DNA of 64,000 bases from Octopus vulgaris (lineage: Eukaryota): positions 132,308,001-132,372,000 of the forward strand of contig OX597815.1 in assembly GCA_951406725.2 (NCBI GenBank), written 5' to 3'. The notes beneath the pieces were generated by a model. It saw nothing but the letters and a program-made list of their open reading frames with translations, was not told where the DNA came from and searched no databases. Positions 57,030-64,000 of this stretch are shown here, one piece after another; position 1 is the stretch's first letter, and every line of letters starts with the position of its first letter. The position numbers and the translations under genes are program-made.

Positions 57030-58228
57030 ACCATGGGAATAAGAAACGGACAGTTGGACAACATGAGAGATTACCACAATGTTACAAAATCTTTCAAAGG
57101 TGTTGGAAACAAAGTATACAAAATAAAGTTAACATAAAAAGTTGTCCAATGTGAATTGTACGCCACAACAAATAAAGGCACCATAAAAGAAGTAGACTAA
57201 CCCTTTATCAAAGTAGAGTAAGGAAGAAATAAGGTGGAAAAAGAAACAAGAAGCGGCACACTTTAAAGTAACTGTGTATCTCTATAACTGTTTAAAGCTG
57301 CTAGCAGCTAGCGCCTGGTAATAGTATGTAGCGTGGCTAATGAAGATTTCCTCCGTGGCTGAGAGACCCGATATCTCTATAGATATGTCGTTAATTACTC
57401 TATCGAAGGTAGATTTACACTGATTAGATTTTATGCTAATGTATCTGGGGTATTGATTACGGTAGGGGGAGTATAGCGAAGATTTTAAATCTAAAGTAAC
57501 ATCTAGAAAATTAACTTTTTTGAGAGTGTTTTCAAAAGTGAAGGATGGATTAAAATTAGCAAAGAATTTATGTAAATCATCTAGTCTTCTCTAATGCGGA
57601 TCTAGATAGACCCGTAGTAACCAACAATGCATTGTCCCTATATAAACCCCATTCGATGTTAGGGAAATACACGCGGAGTCGCTGCAGGAGGTATAATCCG
57701 ACCAGATAAGTGACATGAGCAGAGTCAGAGGAGCCGATGATTATATCGAAGAAATTGTTACAATTATTATTAATAATAGTAGCACGGCACCAAAGGTTAT
57801 CATCGAAGGAGATGAGTGTCTTTCTGGCAGTTGGAATTATGTCTGTTTCTAGGGGAGTCATGCTTGCTAGCATTTTAGCTAGAATGAGAACTTTGTCAAG
57901 GACAACGAGATATGTAAATGTGTAATAATTGTTGATATCAAATTATAGTACATCAAATTTTCAAGGAGGTGAAACCATGTTATAACTCTACCTGTGCGAG
58001 ACCATAATTTGACGTTTAATTTGTCCAACTATAGGTATAGTATTATCAAGTATATTCTTAGTATTCGTCCCAAGTCCGATTGGGTAGGGCAGATGAGTCT
58101 TATAGAGGGTTTGGTTATGAAATCCGCTCTGTGGTCTTTAAGGTTGAAATGTGGAGCTCCTGTGCTGTACGGATTCGTGCGATCGTCTAATCCAACTTTG
58201 TTCACTAGTTTACAGAAACTTCACAAAA
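57030..58228 (-). pseudogene. PLE reverse transcriptase remnant (Naiad/Hydra-like motif style)
   Basis: LKDHRADFITKPSIRLICPTQSDLG; FDIIIGSSDSAHVTYLVGLYLL; GLYRDNAL; KVNFLDVTLDL; SNH. Confidence 0.85.
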
Positions 58229-58229
58229 G

Positions 58230-58677
<448 letters not shown>

Positions 58678-58678
<1 letters not shown>

Positions 58679-59412
58679 TTGAATGGAAAGTGGTAGCTCT
58701 TTCTTAGACATGTATTCGGCACTCTCGATTTTCTTTATGTTATACACTACATCTTTAATATCACATTTATTATTTAATTTACATTTAGATTTATCTCTAC
58801 AAGTACAATTAATATATGTCTTATCCTTATTATTATTATTATCAAATAATTTATTTTTATAAAAATTATTCAGTTTAAATTTATTAAATGAAGAAATAAT
58901 GTTACCTACATTATTAGTGGTGGAATAACCTACTCCAAATTATCACTAGAGAAAATGTTTTTATATTTACTATTATCTCTGATAAATAGTTCTATAATAT
59001 CTAAAATCTCTTTGATAATATTCGTTTTTACTTGATCTCCATAAGGAACTATTAACCAAATTTTATTCTTATTTACCTTATTATATATATTATATATTTT
59101 TATTTTTATATTCTTTCATTGATAATTTTATTATTTTATTATTTTAAATTATTTAAAATTATATTTTAAAATATTGATATTTTTAGATCGAAAATCCACC
59201 TGAAGATTGTCGGTAGCAGACATGAAACAATTGTAGTGGCGGTTTATTTAATTTATATTAAAATTTTATGTATTGATTAAGTCTTTCCTTGTTTGGTTTT
59301 AAAATAGTGGTTTTGTCTCGAATTATATTATATAATATTTTACTATAAAATTGGATTTAACCCTAAATCTGATTTTTCCCTGTAATTTTGGATTCATTCC
59401 CTAATATTTATT

Positions 59413-59417
<5 letters not shown>
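58678..59417 (+). mobile_element. PLE 3' UTR/pLTR with hammerhead
   Basis: AT-rich segment between (TA)n tracts carrying the HHR at 59196-59239. Confidence 0.65.
59196..59239 (+). ncRNA. Minimal hammerhead ribozyme, near-intact
   Basis: CCAC-CTGAAGA-tTGTC-ggtagca-GACAt-GAAA-CAATTG-TA-GTGG. Confidence 0.78.
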
Positions 59418-59478
<61 letters not shown>

Positions 59479-59481
<3 letters not shown>

Positions 59482-59689
59482 AAATTATTAATACGGAAGA
59501 CAGTGTGTACTGGAAGTTTTATACCGCACTACGATCGTTTCGGTTTACTTCTGCACTGCTCCCTTGACGGGGGAGAGCGATGTGATGGAATAGAATGCAC
59601 CCACCAGGAAGCAGTGCAGAAGTTTACCGAAACGATTTTTGTCCGAAATAAAGCTTCCAGTACACTGTCTTCCGTATTAATCATTTAGA
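59479..59689. mobile_element. Fold-back element with hammerhead 3' half
   Basis: Arms attaatacggaagacagtg / cactgtcttccgtattaat; minus strand GAAA-CGATCG-TA. Confidence 0.75.
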
Positions 59690-60323
59690 ATACACTCAAC
59701 GTGCTCCGAGGAATTCCTTACGTACATCTAGCAACGAAAGTGTACTATCCCGGAGGACGCCTGGTAGCCGTAAGCGGTGAATATACTCTACAGGCACACA
59801 ACAAGAGACATTCCCATAACGTGTTTTGGATACTATCCTTAAAGTATACTACCTAAACTTTAATTTTAAATACAACTTATATAAATAACTTATAATAATA
59901 CTGCTCGTCATTCCGTTACTTAGCCCGTCGGTAACGCTTTCGCGTGATTAGAGAATAAGATGGAGAAAGAAAAGATGGAGAGAGAAAAAGGAGAGAGAAG
60001 CGTCCATGACGTGATGTAGATAGGTATGTAATTGTAAAAGTTACACGTGATTAGTTCAGGGGAAAGATAGAACAAGAGAGAGAAAAGATAAAGGAGAGTG
60101 AAAAAGAGGATAAGGCGAAAATTGAGACAGAAAGAGGGTGAAAGAAAAAGAGAGAGAGAGAAGTATACATGATATGAAGTAGGAGGAACGTAATATTGAT
60201 TATATGGTTTAAAATGTTAGTTCAAGTAAGTGACAAATAGGAGCAGTCTTAAAAATATAATTTTAACGGAGGGGTGATGTTCTGATGGTGAGGTTAAAGA
60301 AAGGCAGAGAGAGAGGTATATAA

Positions 60324-60396
<73 letters not shown>

Positions 60397-60440
60397 CAGA
60401 GAGATGATAGATAGATAGATATATAGATAGATAGATAGAC

Positions 60441-60521
<81 letters not shown>

Positions 60522-60679
60522 TGTATGCTTGTATGCGTGTTTGTGAATTTGTGTATGTGTTTGTATGCGTGCGTGCGTGCGTGTATCGTCAGTGGATAAT
60601 ATATTCCTAAAAGGAGCACATTCTAAAAGTTAACAAACTAATGTGTTTACAGGATGTTAATTATTATTAACCTCCTATG

Positions 60680-60711
<32 letters not shown>

Positions 60712-61789
60712 ATACATTTTATAGTTTCAATCTCAGTAGCATTGACCACTCTGATGAGTTTACGTGAATCTCTTCATAACATGCGTAGTAGTGGAATATG
60801 ATAAAGTAAGTTAGTGACTGATTGACGGGGACATGGGTATCACAGGATTTCCTCAAAGCTTTTGATGTCCCTTTTTCCGCTGAGAGTATACGATATAAGC
60901 TATTCAAAATGTGTTGCGGTGAACTTATTCCCTCTTTCTGTCTTTTTGTTGTCTATGGCTTAGTGGGTAGGGTGTTCGGCCTTGACCGTAAGGTCGTAAG
61001 TTTGATTTTTGCCGGTTCGCTCTGTCCTAGAGCAGGAAACTTCAATTCACGTTGCTCCAGTCAAATCAGATAACAAAAGTGAGGTGTGCCTGTAGTTCAA
61101 TGAACCAACCTTATCACATTCTATGTCACGCTGAATCCCGTTGAGAAACGCGTAAAGGCTACGCGTGTGTGTGAAATGCTCAGGCACTTGCTCGTTAATT
61201 TCACGTGTAGGATATTCTATGCTCCCTTGATCGGATCAACTGGAACCCTCGTAGCCGTAACTGACGTAGCGCCAGATGGACAGCTAATGAATAATATACA
61301 AACAAAAATGTTACTGTATAAATTGTTACAATGTACCTATATTCATATAATATATAAATATATTTTTTCAAACATGTAACTGTTACCATTATATCGTTTG
61401 GTATTTGACACACCGTTATCAGTTTCAATCATGCACGTAATAACCCAATAGAATTCCTGCTACCAACACAGAGAATTTACAAAAGAAAATAATGAAAAAG
61501 AATATATTTCTACTTGAATTTCACAAGTCAGCAACAAATATTAACTGATTCATTGAAATCTTCTTTAGAGTTATTTGTTTCTTTTCTTTATATCCTCTTG
61601 AGGATTGTTGTAGGGTTGCTTTCTATTTCATCTCCCTTAAAGATTCGTTTTTTCTGATAATTGTTACAAATAATTGGAATTTGAAAATTTACAATAGTTC
61701 TAATACTACTTATAAAAAGGTAGGCTTAGTTATAGATTATATAATTGTTGAGAGAAATTTTCGAGTTGAAATATTATGAGCGTTTCCAT

Positions 61790-62053
<264 letters not shown>

Positions 62054-62129
62054 GAGACATAGACAGAGAGACAGACAAACAGTCCGGTATTATCCACACA
62101 GCTCGAAATAAGGTGAATAAAATCAAAAT

Positions 62130-62338
62130 AAGTAACAGGATGTTAAGTAGTAATGCAGTACGACCGTTTGAAGCGGCGCCATTAAAATGAACAAGGTAAT
62201 CATGACACCAATTTAAATACAGCGCTATCTTTAACTGCACAAATAAAGATTTTCAACAGATAAGATATATTAATATAACTTTTCTTACTAAATGGTGCTG
62301 CTTGAAACGGTCGTACTGCATTACTACTTAACATTCTG

Positions 62339-62342
<4 letters not shown>
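62130..62342. mobile_element. Fold-back element with decayed hammerhead
   Basis: taacaggatgttaagtagtaatgcagtacgaccgttt inverted against aaacggtcgtactgcattactacttaacattctgtta. Confidence 0.75.
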
Positions 62343-62397
<55 letters not shown>

Positions 62398-62417
62398 CAT
62401 ACATACATACATACAAA

Positions 62418-62482
<65 letters not shown>

Positions 62483-62485
<3 letters not shown>

Positions 62486-62700
62486 ACTTATGAATAAGGA
62501 CAAACGAAAAAATTTCTAATGCCAAATATGCCGAAAATTGGACATATTGTCCATTTACCACATATTTTTTGCCCAGTACGCACGCTACTTGACAGTAGCG
62601 TACGTACTGAGGAAAAAATATATGGTAAATGGACAATATGTCCAATTTTCGGCATATTTGGCATTAGAAATTTTTTCGTTTGCCCTTATTAATAAGTTGT
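62483..62700. mobile_element. Near-perfect fold-back element
   Basis: About 105-bp arms around gctacttgacagtagc (~62590). Confidence 0.8.
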
Positions 62701-62926
62701 TTATAATTTAACCTTTAAAGGTATTTTTTAATATGCTGGCGATTGATAGAATTTTTTTTCGAAAAAATTTTATCCTGCATTAGATATATATATATATGTA
62801 TGTATATATATGTAAATATATATATATGTATATATATAGATAGATAGATAGATAGATTGATTTGTATGTATGTATGTATGTATGTATGTATGTATGTATG
62901 TATGTATGTATGTATGAATGTATATA

Positions 62927-63012
<86 letters not shown>

Positions 63013-63029
63013 CATACACGTGTGCGTGT

Positions 63030-63230
63030 GTATTTATGTCTGTGTTGCTCTCCCGCCACCGCTTGCCAGCATGTGTTGATATGTTAACCTCCCCGCAACA
63101 CAGCGCTTCGGCAAAATAGACCGCTAGAATAAGTACCGGGCTAAAAACTAAGTACTGGGGTAGATTCATTTACTTAAAATTCTGCATGCACCAGCATGGC
63201 CACAGTTAAATTACTGAAGCAAATAGAAGA
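63030..63230 (+). mobile_element. SINE family 1, 3' half
   Basis: cggcaaaatagaccgctagaataagtac...ccagcatggccacag. Confidence 0.7.
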
Positions 63231-63679
63231 TATAACCCTTTTTGCAATGTCTCATATCCATAAAGTGAAAGGTTCTTTATACCGGATAAAAACTGACAAT
63301 GCTTTCAAACGCTATTTCTTCTAATAGCATTTAACGAAATATAACCACTTCCATTAGTAAATATGTATATGTTCCTGAATCCCGTTACACAAGTATTATT
63401 TAAACAGTTAATGATATATTTCTAAGTAAATATAACTCAAGCGGTGTATTATATTGTAAATGATGTTAATATTGTTAATATACCGCTGACTGACAACTAC
63501 CACTGTTAGTTAAACAATGTTACTTAAACATATGTGTAATGATTACTCATGTTTGTGCACTGAAATCTTATCTTCACCGAAATAAAAAGGGTGATTTATA
63601 TTATCAACGGCATAAAAATTTAGTCACAATTTTTTATTTTACAATTGTAACCATGGTGGTGATGGTGGTGGTGGTGGTA

Positions 63680-63681
63680 AA

Positions 63682-63758
<77 letters not shown>

Positions 63759-63790
63759 AGGAAGGAAAGAAAGATAGAAAGAAAGAAATA
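63680..63790. repeat. (GAAA)n microsatellite
   Basis: Read directly. Confidence 0.95.
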
Positions 63791-64000
63791 GCGTAATTGT
63801 TTGAAAACTATATCTTCTAGATCTGTGAACAATGGTATACAATTCGAATAAGAAATCAAATCAAAAGCAATACTAGAAAAATCATATCATTTTGCACTGA
63901 GTACTGACAGATTATGTAAAACACAATTAGAAAGCAAATGTAATCAAGAAAAATGAATACTGTCTGTTAATAACTATGGATGTGTAGTTAGATATTCGTT

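Overview
AT-rich eukaryotic DNA with no recognisable host protein-coding exon. The repeat inventory (tRNA-derived SINEs with CORE-like, Nin-like and Meta-like bodies, very abundant (TA)n, (TACA)n, (TAGA)n and (TAA)n microsatellites) points to an octopus/cephalopod intergenic or intronic region; this is inferred from repeat style, not a database match. Almost all ORFs in the supplied track are microsatellite translations. The real coding remnants are decayed transposons: Penelope-like elements (PLE; RT and GIY-YIG pieces), a Tx1/L1-like LINE, R4/Dong-like RLE LINEs, CR1 and RTE 3' ends, a Tc1 half element, a mariner-type fold-back MITE and a MULE transposase. The most striking signal is about a dozen minimal type-I hammerhead ribozyme (HHR) motifs, some intact and some decayed, from several unrelated families. 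Most sit in head-to-head fold-back elements whose 3' ends point outward into (TA)n tracts. The best case is a young 476-bp tandem/inverted array at 36.67-37.92 kb with a complete HHR, a candidate retrozyme that could yield circular RNA. Coordinates were read by eye and may be off by a few to tens of bases.
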